Positions 54,039 through 64,000 of a stretch of DNA of 64,000 nucleotides are shown piece by piece. The stretch is from an uncultured virus (IMG/VR IMGVR_UViG_640069328_000004) (taxonomy: Duplodnaviria; Heunggongvirae; Uroviricota; Caudoviricetes), in IMG/VR virus record IMGVR_UViG_640069328_000004. The stretch is one strand, 5' to 3'. Below the pieces are notes generated by a model. It did no database searches. It saw nothing but the letters and a program-made list of their open reading frames with translations, and was not told the origin of the DNA. A program made the translations under genes and the position numbers. How positions within the stretch are numbered: the stretch's first letter is position 1; each line of letters starts with the position of its first letter.

Positions 54039-55390
54039 ACTATCCGATGATCGCGGGCCGGGTGTTCGGCACGCCGCTGCTGGTCGATCCCGTGAAGGGC
54101 GCGGCCTTTCTGGCAGGCCTCGGCCCCCGGCTCGTGAACGGGGCGCTCGAACTGCGCGGGCTCGAGGAGCTCGCGCCCGACCGCGTGGCCGAGGCCGGGC
54201 GGATCGCGCCGCGCGCCTCGGTGCTCCTCGACGATGCGGGCGACGCCCGCCGGGAGGCGGGCCGGCCGCTCTACCGTGTGGAGGGCGGCGTCGCGGTGAT
54301 CGAGGTCACCGGCACGCTCGTTCACCGTGGCGGCTGGATCGGCCAGTCCTCGGGGACGACCTCCTACGAGGGGCTGATGGCGCAGATCACCGCGGCCGTG
54401 GCCGATACGTCCGTGCGCGGCATCGCGCTCGAGATCGACAGCTACGGCGGCGAGGTGGCGGGCCTCTTCGATCTGGCCGACGCGATTCGGGCCGCGCGGG
54501 CGGTGAAGCCGGTGCGCGCCTTCGTGGCCGAGGCGGCGCTCTCGGCGGCCTATGCGATTGCGAGCCAGGCCGAGCGGATCGTGCTGCCGCGCACCGGCGC
54601 CGTGGGCAGCATCGGCGTGCTTCTCGTTCATGCCGACTTCTCGCAGGCCATGGCCGACCGCGGTGTCGCGGTCACGCTGATCCATGCCGGGCGGCACAAG
54701 GTCGACGGCAATCCCTACGAGGCCCTGCCCGAGGGGGTGCGCGCAGACCTGCAGGCCCGCGTCGAGGCCTCGCGCGCGCTCTTCGCCGAGACGGTCGCGG
54801 CCGGCCGCGGCGCGCGGCTCAGCCGACAGCAGGCGCTCGCCACCGAGGCGCAGGTCCTCGACGGCGCCGCCGCGGTGGCCGCGGGGCTGGCCGACGAGGT
54901 CTCCGATCTCCGCAGCGCCTTCGCCGCCTTCCGCGCCGAACTGTCCCATCCGCACCTTACATCCCCCCGGGCCGGCGCGCCGGCCGCAGCCAAGGAGACC
55001 CCGACCATGACCGACGAGACCACCGACCAGACCACGACCGGCGCCGCGCGAGGTACGGCCGCAGAGGGCAGCGCGCCCCCGGTGGATGCCGCGGAAGGAT
55101 CCGGCACAGCACCGGTCGCGAATGTCGCCGTGGCCGAGGCCGCCGAACTGATCGAGATCGGCCAGCAGGCGGCCCGGCTCGGCCTCACCGTCGATGTGGC
55201 CGACGCGATGCGTCGCGGTCTCTCGGCCGCAGCCCTCCGCCGCACCGTGCTCGACGGGCTGGCGGCCCGGGGCGACGGGGCCGACCTCGTGGCCCATGCC
55301 CCGACTGCGGCCGCCGGGCCGAAGGAAAGCCCGCTCCTCGCCGCCGCGCGCCGCACCGCCGAAGCGCAGGCCGCCAGCCGCCGGGCCTGA
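54035..55390 (+). CDS. S49 prohead protease / scaffold (gpC-Nu3-like)
   Basis: IDSYGGEV, SAAYAIAS, GSIGV; possible internal start at about 55007 after AAGGAG. Confidence 0.9.
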   Translation: MNYPMIAGRVFGTPLLVDPVKGAAFLAGLGPRLVNGALELRGLEELAPDRVAEAGRIAPRASVLLDDAGDARREAGRPLYRVEGGVAVIEVTGTLVHRGGWIGQSSGTTSYEGLMAQITAAVADTSVRGIALEIDSYGGEVAGLFDLADAIRAARAVKPVRAFVAEAALSAAYAIASQAERIVLPRTGAVGSIGVLLVHADFSQAMADRGVAVTLIHAGRHKVDGNPYEALPEGVRADLQARVEASRALFAETVAAGRGARLSRQQALATEAQVLDGAAAVAAGLADEVSDLRSAFAAFRAELSHPHLTSPRAGAPAAAKETPTMTDETTDQTTTGAARGTAAEGSAPPVDAAEGSGTAPVANVAVAEAAELIEIGQQAARLGLTVDVADAMRRGLSAAALRRTVLDGLAARGDGADLVAHAPTAAAGPKESPLLAAARRTAEAQAASRRA

Positions 55391-55522
55391 TCCGGCGGCG
55401 GGGCGCCCGAACCGCGCCCCACGCGCGCGCACCCTCTTCCTCCCGCACCGCTCCGAAGCCCCCGCATCCCCATGGACCGCGGGCGCTTCTGCACGCCCTC
55501 ATCCCCGAAAGGACCCCCGACC

Positions 55523-55912
55523 ATGGCACCCCTGATCAAGCCGCCCAGCCTCGGCGATCTCGTGAAGTACGAGCTCGAGCCGAACTTCACCCGCGAGACG
55601 GTCACGCTGCGGGCCGGCACCGCCTATCCGCTGGGCGCCGTCCTGGGCCTCGTCGCCACCGGCCCCGACGCCGGCCGGTTCGCCTTCGCCGCGGACGCGG
55701 CCGAGACCGGCGAGACCGCGGCCGCCGCCGTCCTCCTTGAGCCGGTCGACGCGACGGACGGCGAACGCCGCGGCACCGTCCTGCGCCGCGGCCCCGCGAT
55801 CCTCTCCCGCGCGGAGCTGGTCTTCGACCCGACCCTCGAGGAGGAGAGCCAGCGGGCCGGCCGGATCGCCGAGCTCACCGACCTCGGCCTCGTCGTCCGC
55901 GACACGGCCTGA
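55523..55912 (+). CDS. Head decoration protein (gpD-like)
   Basis: TRETVTL..G...GAVLG; AAGGA RBS. Confidence 0.85.
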   Translation: MAPLIKPPSLGDLVKYELEPNFTRETVTLRAGTAYPLGAVLGLVATGPDAGRFAFAADAAETGETAAAAVLLEPVDATDGERRGTVLRRGPAILSRAELVFDPTLEEESQRAGRIAELTDLGLVVRDTA

Positions 55913-55992
55913 GCCCCGGCCGCCCTCCCGTCCCATCCATTCTCACCGGCAGCCCGCCCGGCGCCGATCCCCGTTCCTGAAGGAGCCCGATC

Positions 55993-57015
55993 ATGACGAT
56001 CACCCGCAATCCGTTCGACGCCGGCGGCTATTCGCTGGCCGAGATGACCCAGGCCATCAACATCCTGCCGAACCTCTACACCCGCCTCGGCCAGATGGGC
56101 CTCTTCCAGTTCGAGGGCGTGACCCAGCGCAGCGTGATCATCGAGCAGGCCGAGGGCGTGCTCTCGCTGCTGCCTTCCCAGCCCTGGGGCGGGCCCGCGA
56201 CCGTTGGCGGCCGCGAGCGCCGCTCGATGCGCTCCTTCGCGCTGCCCCACATTCCGCATGACGACGTGATCACCGCGGCCGATGTGCAGGGCCAGCCCGC
56301 GCTGGGGTCGACCGGGCAGGCCGATCCCCTGGCCGAGGTCATGACGCGTAAGCTCGCGCTCATGCGCCGCAAGCACGCGGCGACGCGGGAATATATGGAG
56401 ATGAACGCGCTCCGCGGCGTGGTGAAGGACGGGGCCGGCCTCACGCTCTACGACTACTTCGCCGAGTTCGGCCTCGTGCAGATCTCGGTGGACTTCCTCC
56501 TCGGCACGGCCGGGACGAACGTCCAGGCCAAGTGCCGTGAGGTGCTGCGGGCGGTCGAGGAGGAGCTCAAGGGCGAGTCCATGACCGGCGTCACCGCCCT
56601 CGTGAGCCCCGAGTTCTTCGACAAGCTGATCGGCCATCCGAAGGTCGAGGAGGCCTACAAATACTATGCCTCGAGCGGGGCGCAGCCGCTGCGGCAGGAC
56701 GTGCGGCGGAGCTTTCCCTTCGCGGGCCTCCTCTTCGAGGAATATGTGGGCTCGGTCACGCTCGCAGGCGGTGCCTCCGAGCGGCTGGTGCCGGCACAGG
56801 AGGGCACGGCCTTCCCGCTCGGCACGATGGACACGTTCCGCACCTACGGCGCCCCGGCCGATCTTCTGGAAGCCGTCAACACCATCGGCCAGCCGATCTA
56901 TGCCCGCCAGCTCCTCGATCCGAAGGGACGCTGGATCGACCTCATGACCGAGGCCAACATCCTGCCGGTCAACAAGCGCCCGCGCCTCGCGGTGCGGATC
57001 CTGACCTCGAACTGA
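55993..57015 (+). CDS. Major capsid protein, lambda gpE family
   Basis: FSL/YSLAEMTQAIN...TREYM...NILPVNKRP. Confidence 0.92.
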   Translation: MTITRNPFDAGGYSLAEMTQAINILPNLYTRLGQMGLFQFEGVTQRSVIIEQAEGVLSLLPSQPWGGPATVGGRERRSMRSFALPHIPHDDVITAADVQGQPALGSTGQADPLAEVMTRKLALMRRKHAATREYMEMNALRGVVKDGAGLTLYDYFAEFGLVQISVDFLLGTAGTNVQAKCREVLRAVEEELKGESMTGVTALVSPEFFDKLIGHPKVEEAYKYYASSGAQPLRQDVRRSFPFAGLLFEEYVGSVTLAGGASERLVPAQEGTAFPLGTMDTFRTYGAPADLLEAVNTIGQPIYARQLLDPKGRWIDLMTEANILPVNKRPRLAVRILTSN

Positions 57016-57025
57016 GCCGGCCGCC

Positions 57026-57352
57026 ATGTCCGGCCTCTTCGAGGGCATGGGCGCGACCCTGACCGCCCTCTTCGGCGCGCCCGCGCGCTACCTGCCGCAG
57101 GGCGGGCCCGCGCGCGACGTGCCCTCGATCTTCCGCGAGGAGCAGGTCGAGGCCGAGGATCCGGAGGGGCGCATCGTGCTCGTCATGGCGCCCACCTGGC
57201 GGGTGCGCCGCGATCTGGTCCCCGAGCTCGCGCGGCGGGACCGGATCCGGCTGGCGGACGGCCGGGTCTATGAGGTGGATGAGATCTGGCCGCCCGCCAC
57301 CCCGGCGGCCGATGCGCTCACGCGTTGCACCCTGCGGAAGGTCGCGCCATGA
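57026..57352 (+). CDS. Head-tail joining protein (gpFII-like)
   Basis: Position; beta-rich 108 aa. Confidence 0.65.
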   Translation: MSGLFEGMGATLTALFGAPARYLPQGGPARDVPSIFREEQVEAEDPEGRIVLVMAPTWRVRRDLVPELARRDRIRLADGRVYEVDEIWPPATPAADALTRCTLRKVAP

Positions 57353-57771
57353 CCGGGCGCATCCGCTTCCGTCAGATCGCCCGCGCGGCGCTCGCCGCCG
57401 ATCCGCGCATGGGCAGCTTCTCGCAGATCTCCGCCTGGGAGGCGCGCCCCGACGCGGGCCGCCTGCCGCTCCTGATGGTGGTGACGCCGGTCGAGCGGGC
57501 GGCGCAAACCACGCTCTCGGCCTTCGAGCGCGCGACCGTCCTTCAGGTGGGCGTGAAGCGGCTCGGCAGCGACGATCTCGAGGATCTCCTCGACGCGGAT
57601 GCGGATGCCGTCGAGGGCGCGATCTGCCGGGCGTTCCAGCAGGCGGCCATCGTCTGCCTGCCCGAGGAGGTGACGGTCACGCTCAACACGGACGGCGAGC
57701 AGGCCGTGGGCACGCTGATCTCGAGCTTCCGCATCGTCTGGCGCAGGCCGATCCCGCGGCCCGCGCCCTGA
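57349..57771 (+). CDS. Tail terminator-like protein (gpU-like)
   Basis: Position; LEDLLDADADAVE. Confidence 0.6.
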   Translation: MTGRIRFRQIARAALAADPRMGSFSQISAWEARPDAGRLPLLMVVTPVERAAQTTLSAFERATVLQVGVKRLGSDDLEDLLDADADAVEGAICRAFQQAAIVCLPEEVTVTLNTDGEQAVGTLISSFRIVWRRPIPRPAP

Positions 57772-57881
57772 CCTTGCCCCGGCCCGCGGGCTGGCCTCGG
57801 CCGAAAAGCGGGCGATCCATTGCAACCGGGCCTCGCGCACCCCGCACCGCGGGCCGCGGCCCCTGCCGAAAGGGCAACACC

Positions 57882-58352
57882 ATGAACGATACCGTCACGC
57901 CGGGCATCGGCACGCTGATCTATGCCTCGACCGCGCTGCCCGCCGCCGCCACCGACACGGCCTATGGGGCGCTCACCTGGACTGCGGTGGGCGAGGTCAC
58001 CGAAGTGCCCGAATACGGCGGCTCGGCCGAGGTGGTGAACCACACGCCGCTCGCGACCGGCATCACCCAGAAATACCACGGCGCGGTGAACTACGGCTCG
58101 ATGCAGATCCCGCTCGCCTTCAACAGCACCGACGCGGGCCAGGCCATCCTCGAGGCCGCGCGGAAGAACCGCAACCGCATCGCCTTCAAGATCGCCTTCC
58201 CGAAGATCGACCCGCTCTCCACCGAGGGGGCGGCCGATTACTTCCAGGGCAAGGTCTTCGGCTTCACCAAGAGCGCGCCCGCCAACGGCGTCGTCTCGGG
58301 ATCGGTGACCGTCGAGATCGAGACCGAGCTCACCTCGGTCGAGGAGGCCTGA
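57882..58352 (+). CDS. Major tail tube protein, P2
   Basis: WTAVGEVTEVPEYGG...HTPL...KYHGAVNYG...YFQGKV. Confidence 0.85.
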   Translation: MNDTVTPGIGTLIYASTALPAAATDTAYGALTWTAVGEVTEVPEYGGSAEVVNHTPLATGITQKYHGAVNYGSMQIPLAFNSTDAGQAILEAARKNRNRIAFKIAFPKIDPLSTEGAADYFQGKVFGFTKSAPANGVVSGSVTVEIETELTSVEEA

Positions 58353-58447
58353 GCCTCCCCCCGGATCCCGCCCGGCGACGGGCGGGACCGGCCGCGGCCG
58401 ACGCGGTTCATCGGCGGCGGTCCCCCTGAACCGGAACCCCAAGGATC

Positions 58448-58894
58448 ATGCACATGGACTTCACCCAGTTCGACAGCCGCACCGCGGCCGAAACCGCCCG
58501 CCCGCTCCATCTCCGCCACCCGGCCACGGGCCGGCTCCTCTTCGCCGACGAGGCCGAAGCGAAGCCCTGCGAGGTGCTGGTGCTCGGCTCCGAGAGCCGT
58601 GCCGCACAGGCCGCGATCCGCGCCGCGCAGAAGGCACGGCTCAAGACCGACCGCGACGACGAGCGCCAGACCATGGAGGAGGTCCATGCGAACCTCGTCG
58701 CCGCTGCAAAGCCCTTGGTCGCGGGCTTCCGCAACGTGAACCGCGGCGAGTCGCCCGCCGGCCCGGCCGACGCCGAATGGTTCCTGAACCTCAACCTGAT
58801 CACCGGCCGCGAGGGCGAGAAGAGCTTCGTCGAGCAGGTCATGGGCTTCGCCACCAGCCGCGCGAACTACCTGGGAAACGGCTCGCCCGACTGA
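58448..58894 (+). CDS. Tail assembly chaperone G, P2
   Basis: LRHPATG...VLGSES; slippery G GGA AAC at 58873-58879. Confidence 0.8.
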   Translation: MHMDFTQFDSRTAAETARPLHLRHPATGRLLFADEAEAKPCEVLVLGSESRAAQAAIRAAQKARLKTDRDDERQTMEEVHANLVAAAKPLVAGFRNVNRGESPAGPADAEWFLNLNLITGREGEKSFVEQVMGFATSRANYLGNGSPD

Positions 58895-59319
58895 CGCTCT
58901 ATGCGCGGCAGACGGGCTTCCTGCAGGCCACGCCGGAGAAAGCGAAGCGGACCCGGATGGAAGATCTGCGGGCGGCCCGGCGGCCGCTCGGCCTGCCCGA
59001 GATCGAGGCCGGGAAGTATCTGATCGCCTGCCTCACCGCCGAGGACGGTCTCGGCTGGTGCGCGACAGACCCGATGGGCGGGCTCGCCCCGCATTCCTGG
59101 GCCGAGATCGAGGCCTACAGCCGCGCGGCCGGCCTCGACCTCGAGCCCTGGGAGGCGCGCCAGATCCGCGCCATGTCGGCCGCCTATGTCGAGGGCCGGA
59201 TCGAGGGCCGGAAGAAGAACGGCGTGGCGCCGACCTTCTCCGGCGGAGAGGCCGCGAGGAAGCGCGAGCTGGCTCAGGCCATCAGGGCGCAGATGCGGCT
59301 GGCGCAGGCGCCAGCGTGA
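58873..59319 (+). CDS. -1 frameshift extension giving chaperone G-T, P2
   Basis: -1 frame open: SWAEIEAY...LEPWEARQIRAMSAAY. Confidence 0.75.
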   Translation, partial: GKRLARLTLYARQTGFLQATPEKAKRTRMEDLRAARRPLGLPEIEAGKYLIACLTAEDGLGWCATDPMGGLAPHSWAEIEAYSRAAGLDLEPWEARQIRAMSAAYVEGRIEGRKKNGVAPTFSGGEAARKRELAQAIRAQMRLAQAPA

Positions 59320-59331
59320 CAGTCCGCAGCT

Positions 59332-59353
59332 GGCCGCCCTTCGGGGCGGCTTT
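59332..59353 (+). terminator. Hairpin terminator before the P2 tape measure gene
   Basis: GGCCGCCC-TTCG-GGGCGGCT-TT. Confidence 0.6.
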
Positions 59354-59367
59354 ATCGTGAGGAACCC

Positions 59368-62300
59368 ATGTCCATGTCCAATGTCGGCGCCATGCGCGCC
59401 ACCCTCGGCCTCGACGTCTCTCAGTTCGAGAACCGGGCCCAGTCCGCCAGCCGGACCGCAAAGCAGATGTCCGACGCCATGGCCCGGGCGTTCCAGGTTG
59501 CGAAGGCCTCTGCCATGGGCGGCGCCCGGAGCTTCGAGGAGTTGCGGGCCTCGATCGATCCGACCTTCGCCGCGACGCAACGCTATGCCGTCATCCAGCG
59601 CGAGCTCGCAGGCATGGTGGAGAGCGGCGCCGCCAGCCAGCGCGCGGCGAACCTCGTCCTCGAGCAGGCGGCGGCGAAGTACATGGGGGTGGAGACGGCG
59701 GCCGAGCGGACGGCACGGGCGCAGCGAGAGACATCTGCCGCGGCGGACGCGGCCGCCCGCGGCTATACCGCGCTCCGGGCGCAGGTCGATCCGCTCTATG
59801 CGGCCTCGAAGCGGTACGAGCAGGCGCTCGAGACGCTGAATGCGGCGCAGGCGGCGGGGGTCATCGGCGATCAGGAACGCGCGCGGACGCTCAAGCTGCT
59901 CGACGCCCAGATGATCTCGGCGGATCGTGCGACGGCGGCGGCCACACAGGGCATCGGCCGGTTCACGCCCGCGATCACCAATGCCTCGTTTCAGGTGCAG
60001 GACTTCGCGGTGCAGGTCGCCTCGGGTCAGTCGGCGATGATCGCCTTCACCCAGCAGGCGCCCCAGCTTCTTGGCGCCTTCGGATTCTCCGGGAAGCTGG
60101 CCCTGATCGGGGCGGGCCTCGGGACGATCCTCGCGATCGGCGCCGCCCTTGTGCCCGTGTTCCAGCGCATGGCCGCCGGGACCGCGGGACTGAAGGAAAA
60201 GATCGACGATCTGACGAAGTCGGTGGACGGCTACAAGAGCGCCTCGGGACGCGCCCACAAGTCGGCCATGGAACTCACCGCCGAGTTCGGCGCCAACGCC
60301 GCGAGCGCGCGGGAGGCCTACACCGCTCTGCAGAGCCTGGCGCAACTCACCGCCGTGCAGGATCTTCGCAAGGCCATGGAGGGCATCGGGGACGCCATTC
60401 CCTCGTCCTTCGGTCGCCTTGTATCGCAGCTGGATGCCACGGGCCGCGTCGGGGCGCAGGCCGCCGCCAACCTCCGCACTCAGTTCGGGCTGACCGCGGA
60501 GGAAGGGAAGCGTCTCGCCGAGGCCATCCACGCCGTGGGAGCCTCCTCCGGCCCCGAGGAGGCGGCAAAGCGCGCGGCCGAGCTTCATCGGACGATGGTC
60601 GACGTGTTCGGAGCGGTGGAATCCATCCCGCCCGAGTTCCAGACTCTCGCGCGCCTCGCGGCCGAGGGCAATGTCGCGGCTCTGCAGTTGCTCGGGACCA
60701 TGAACGGCCTGACCGGCAGCATCTCCTCTGCGGCATCGGAAGCGGCGCGGCTGGCTTCAAACCTCGGCTCCGCGGCCAACAGCGCCGCGGCGGAGGCCTC
60801 GCGCCAGATCTCGATCATCGATGCGCAGATGGCCGCGATCCGCGCCGGTCAGGACGAGGTGATCGCGGGCAAGCGCGCAGCCATCGATCTGGATCGGCAG
60901 GCCTATGTGGCGGCGAAGATGGCGGCGGGCATGGATGCGGATCGCGCCGAGTCTCTCGCGTCGCAGGTCTTCGCCTCGCAGGAGATCCTCGCCGTCCGGG
61001 AAGAGGAGCTGCGGGCGATGCAGAAAGCCCGCTCGGAGGCCGAGAAGGTCGCCAACGGAGGCGCCAAGGCGGCTGCGGCGGAGGCGAAGGCGCTGGACAA
61101 GAGCGCCCGGAAATACCTCGAGATGATCGACCCGATGGAGAAGTATCGCCGGAAACAGGCCGAGCTGAAGAAGCTCCTCGATGCCGGCAGGATCTCGGCG
61201 GACCAGTATCGGCGGGCACTGGCAGAGATCGCGGCCGAGATGGGCGAGAATAACCCCGTGTTCGAGGAGTTCCGCAGCGCCGTCGGGAGCGCGGTCGACT
61301 GGATGCTCGACGGCTTCCGCGGCGGCTTCGACGGCCTCCTCGACATCGCGAAGACCACGCTGAAGCAGATCATCGGCATGTTCATGACGAACCGGATCAC
61401 GCTCTCGCTCGGCCTCGGGGTCTCGGGCGCGGCCGCAGGCGCTGCCGGGGCAGCCGTTGCGGGCGCGGGCGGCATGGGCACTCTCGGCGCGCTCGGCGGC
61501 ATCGCGAGCGGGATCAATGCGGTGCTCGGCGGCATCGGCGGCGCGCTTTCCGCCTTCGGCACCGGCGCCTGGGGCGCGCTCTCGAACTTTGCAACGGGCG
61601 GCCTGTCCGGCGGCCTGGCCTATATCGGCAGCTCCCTGAACTTTGCCACGAGCGGTCTGGTCGGGTTCGCGCAGGCGGCGGGCGCGATCCTCGGCCCCAT
61701 TGCCGCCGTGGCGGCGGCCTTCTCCTTCTTCGGCTCGAAGACGAAGCTCCTCGATGCAGGCCTGCGCGTCACGGTGCGCGAGCTGAATGCGATGGTGGAG
61801 AGCTACCGGAAGGTCGAGAAGTCCCGGTTCGGCGGGCTCTCGAAGTCGCGGCGCACGAGCTACGGCCTCGCGGACGGTGCGGTGGCCGGCCCCATCGTCA
61901 AGGCCGTGAGCCAGATGCAGGCCTCGGTCATGGATGTGGCGGACACGCTCGGCATCGGGGCCGAGGCCTTCAAGGGCTTTGCGGCCTCCGTGAAGTTCTC
62001 GACCAAGGGGCTCTCCGACGAGGAGATCGGGGCGAAGCTGCAGGAGAAGCTCACCGAGCTCGGCGACAACTTCGCCGCCCGCGCCTTCGGCTATGTCGGA
62101 AAGAACGACCAGGCGATCCGGGACCTCGAGAAGCGGATCGCGGAGGGGACGTCCGATGCGGTGGTGAGCGGGCTCAAGGGATCCCTCGGCGACAAGATTC
62201 TCTCCGCCTTCCTCGGCCGAAAGATGCAGGGCGACCTGGCCGACCTGATCGCGGGCAACACGCTCGTCTCGACCCGCCCCGAGCTCGCCGCTCTGGTCAA

Positions 62301-64000
62301 GGAGGGCGAGAGCTTCGTCGAGGCCCTGCAGCGGCTGAGCGCGGCCATGTCCGGGGTCAACGGCGTGATGGACACGCTCGGCCACAGCTTCCGGGCGGTG
62401 GACATGGTGACAGCCGGCATGGCCTCGGATCTGGCGGCGCTCTTCGGCGGGCTGGAGGGATTGGTCTCCGCCACCACCGGCTATTATCAGGCCTTCTATA
62501 ACGAGGCCGAGCGGATGGAGACCGCGACCCGGCAGGCGACCGAGGCGCTGGCGAAGCTGGGTGTGGCCCTTCCCGAGACCCGGGCGGAGTATCGCCGGCT
62601 GGTCGAGGCGCAGGATCTCACCACCGAGCGGGGTCGAGAGCTCTACGCCGCCCTCGTCGGCATGGCGGGCGTCATGGATCAGATCCTGCCGAGCGTGGCC
62701 GGCCTCTCGGCCGGGCTGGCGGGGCTCGTGGGCACGATCACCACCGATCTCGACGGGATGATCTCTGGGGCGGCCGAAGCGCAGCGGGCGGCGGCCGCGG
62801 CAGCGAAGGGCTGGTATCAGGTCACGCTGTCTCTGCGCGATTATATCGGCGACCTGCGCTCTGCCGCCTCCGAGCTGATCGGCCCCGCGGTGGCGGCGGC
62901 GCAGTCGCAGGCGCGCTACCAGACGATGCTGGCGAGCGCGATGGCAGGCGATCAGGAGGCGGCCAAGGCCGTCTCCGGCGCGGCCTCGGCCTATATCGAC
63001 GCCGTGCGCGGGCAGGCCCGGTCGGCGGTGGATGTGGCCCGCGCGCAGGCGCAGGTGCTCTCGGACCTGCAGCTCCTGCAGGGCGTGACCGGCCTCGAGG
63101 GGGCGAAGGAGGATGTGCTGGCCAGCCTCTATCGGGAGCAGGTCGATCTCCTGACCGAGGTGCGGGACTATCTGGGCCAGGGCGGCCTCCTCGACCCCGC
63201 CCGGATCGACGCGCTCAACGGCCAGCTCGGATCGCTCGAAGGCGCCATCGCCGCGGCGAAGGAGATCTCCTACGCCGCGCTCCGCGAGCGGATCGACGTG
63301 ACCTTGGGGCTGACGGGGACGGCCCAGATCCCGGCCGATCTGCGCCGCATCCTGAAGAATGCCACGAGCGGCGTCGAGGTCTCGCTCGACATGGTGCTGC
63401 GGCGGATGGATCTGACGCCCGATCTGGTCTGGATCGCGGCGAAGGCCTCCTCCGACCACCTCGCGCGGATCCGCTATCTGGCGAAGACCGACGCGCTGCC
63501 GGACGATCTGCGCGCCATCGCCGCCGTCCGCGTGGCGCAGTCGGTGCGCCGGCTCGCGCTGGTGATGGACCGGCCCAGCTCCGATCTCGGCATGGCGGAG
63601 CTCCTGAAGGCCCTTGGCGCCCAGGGCGGCCGGATCACCCTCGGCGGCAGCTTCGCCTTCGATCCCTCGACCGGCTTCTCGAGCTGGTTCGAGACCACGA
63701 CGCGGGGGGCGATCACGGCGCCGATGACGGCGCTGCGCACCGCGCTCGGCGATCTGGCGGCCGCCGTGCGGGCAGAAACGGCCGCCGCGACGAAGAGGGG
63801 ACAGGGGGCGGCGCTCTCGGCCTTCGCTGGGGGCCTCGCGACCAATGCGGCCGGCGACATCCTCGCCACGGACAAGCAGATCATGGCGATGGCCGCCAAG
63901 GCCGGGATCTCGACCGACGGCAAGACCATCGGGCAGGTGATGCGGGCCATCGAGGGCTTCTCGCCGCTCGACGGGATCGAGACGATCCGCCGGCTGCCGG
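59368..64000 (+). CDS. Tape measure protein of P2 (3'-truncated by the window; absent from the ORF track)
   Basis: GAGG RBS; MSMSNVGAMRATLGLDVSQF...FQVQDFAVQVASGQ; distal part aligns with the P1 tape measure. Confidence 0.9.
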   Translation, partial: MSMSNVGAMRATLGLDVSQFENRAQSASRTAKQMSDAMARAFQVAKASAMGGARSFEELRASIDPTFAATQRYAVIQRELAGMVESGAASQRAANLVLEQAAAKYMGVETAAERTARAQRETSAAADAAARGYTALRAQVDPLYAASKRYEQALETLNAAQAAGVIGDQERARTLKLLDAQMISADRATAAATQGIGRFTPAITNASFQVQDFAVQVASGQSAMIAFTQQAPQLLGAFGFSGKLALIGAGLGTILAIGAALVPVFQRMAAGTAGLKEKIDDLTKSVDGYKSASGRAHKSAMELTAEFGANAASAREAYTALQSLAQLTAVQDLRKAMEGIGDAIPSSFGRLVSQLDATGRVGAQAAANLRTQFGLTAEEGKRLAEAIHAVGASSGPEEAAKRAAELHRTMVDVFGAVESIPPEFQTLARLAAEGNVAALQLLGTMNGLTGSISSAASEAARLASNLGSAANSAAAEASRQISIIDAQMAAIRAGQDEVIAGKRAAIDLDRQAYVAAKMAAGMDADRAESLASQVFASQEILAVREEELRAMQKARSEAEKVANGGAKAAAAEAKALDKSARKYLEMIDPMEKYRRKQAELKKLLDAGRISADQYRRALAEIAAEMGENNPVFEEFRSAVGSAVDWMLDGFRGGFDGLLDIAKTTLKQIIGMFMTNRITLSLGLGVSGAAAGAAGAAVAGAGGMGTLGALGGIASGINAVLGGIGGALSAFGTGAWGALSNFATGGLSGGLAYIGSSLNFATSGLVGFAQAAGAILGPIAAVAAAFSFFGSKTKLLDAGLRVTVRELNAMVESYRKVEKSRFGGLSKSRRTSYGLADGAVAGPIVKAVSQMQASVMDVADTLGIGAEAFKGFAASVKFSTKGLSDEEIGAKLQEKLTELGDNFAARAFGYVGKNDQAIRDLEKRIAEGTSDAVVSGLKGSLGDKILSAFLGRKMQGDLADLIAGNTLVSTRPELAALVKEGESFVEALQRLSAAMSGVNGVMDTLGHSFRAVDMVTAGMASDLAALFGGLEGLVSATTGYYQAFYNEAERMETATRQATEALAKLGVALPETRAEYRRLVEAQDLTTERGRELYAALVGMAGVMDQILPSVAGLSAGLAGLVGTITTDLDGMISGAAEAQRAAAAAAKGWYQVTLSLRDYIGDLRSAASELIGPAVAAAQSQARYQTMLASAMAGDQEAAKAVSGAASAYIDAVRGQARSAVDVARAQAQVLSDLQLLQGVTGLEGAKEDVLASLYREQVDLLTEVRDYLGQGGLLDPARIDALNGQLGSLEGAIAAAKEISYAALRERIDVTLGLTGTAQIPADLRRILKNATSGVEVSLDMVLRRMDLTPDLVWIAAKASSDHLARIRYLAKTDALPDDLRAIAAVRVAQSVRRLALVMDRPSSDLGMAELLKALGAQGGRITLGGSFAFDPSTGFSSWFETTTRGAITAPMTALRTALGDLAAAVRAETAAATKRGQGAALSAFAGGLATNAAGDILATDKQIMAMAAKAGISTDGKTIGQVMRAIEGFSPLDGIETIRRLP

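Larger units (their letters stand above)
39751..64000. mobile_element. Prophage 2 with lambda-type head, truncated by the window end
   Basis: att core, int, cI/cro, replication block, Nu1/A/W/B/C/D/E-type head, tail genes. Confidence 0.93.

Noticed and set aside
14059..63459. Many long Arg/Pro/Gly-rich ORFs (for example 14059-15627, 15251-16918, 49907-52066, 60757-63459)
   Set aside because: Alternative-frame or antisense ORFs expected at about 70% GC, overlapping well-supported genes

Overview
High-GC alphaproteobacterial DNA; the gene content and GAAC-N7-GAAC SOS boxes suggest a Rhodobacter/Cereibacter-type host, which is an inference. A host hydantoinase/oxoprolinase gene (1-2028) and an intact tRNA-Met(CAT) (2045-2121) are followed by two temperate siphoviral prophages integrated head-to-tail at that tRNA. 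Prophage 1 (P1, 2075-39801, about 37.7 kb) is bounded by a perfect 51-bp direct repeat and appears complete. It carries int/xis, two orphan DNA methyltransferases, a lambda-like cI/cro switch, a replication/origin block, an HK97-type head, a long tail, lysis genes, an unusual post-lysis fibre/enzyme cassette and hicAB. Prophage 2 (P2) starts at the second repeat (39751) and runs off the window inside its tape measure gene. It shares int/xis, the replication and late-control block and the distal tape measure with P1, but has a different immunity cassette, ParB-like and GapR genes, and a lambda-type head. The best candidates for undescribed biology are: (i) in both unrelated immunity cassettes, a short CI without an autocleavage domain is faced by a convergent micro-ORF that sits behind a LexA box, a candidate SOS-induced antirepressor or antisense switch; (ii) a four-gene cassette encoding an anchor-like protein, a collagen-like fibre, a nucleoside-hydrolase-like/LamG protein and a GH16-like protein; (iii) a conserved uncharacterised gene in the antiterminator Q position followed by a promoter-terminator. 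All family calls come from motif recognition by eye; no searches were run.
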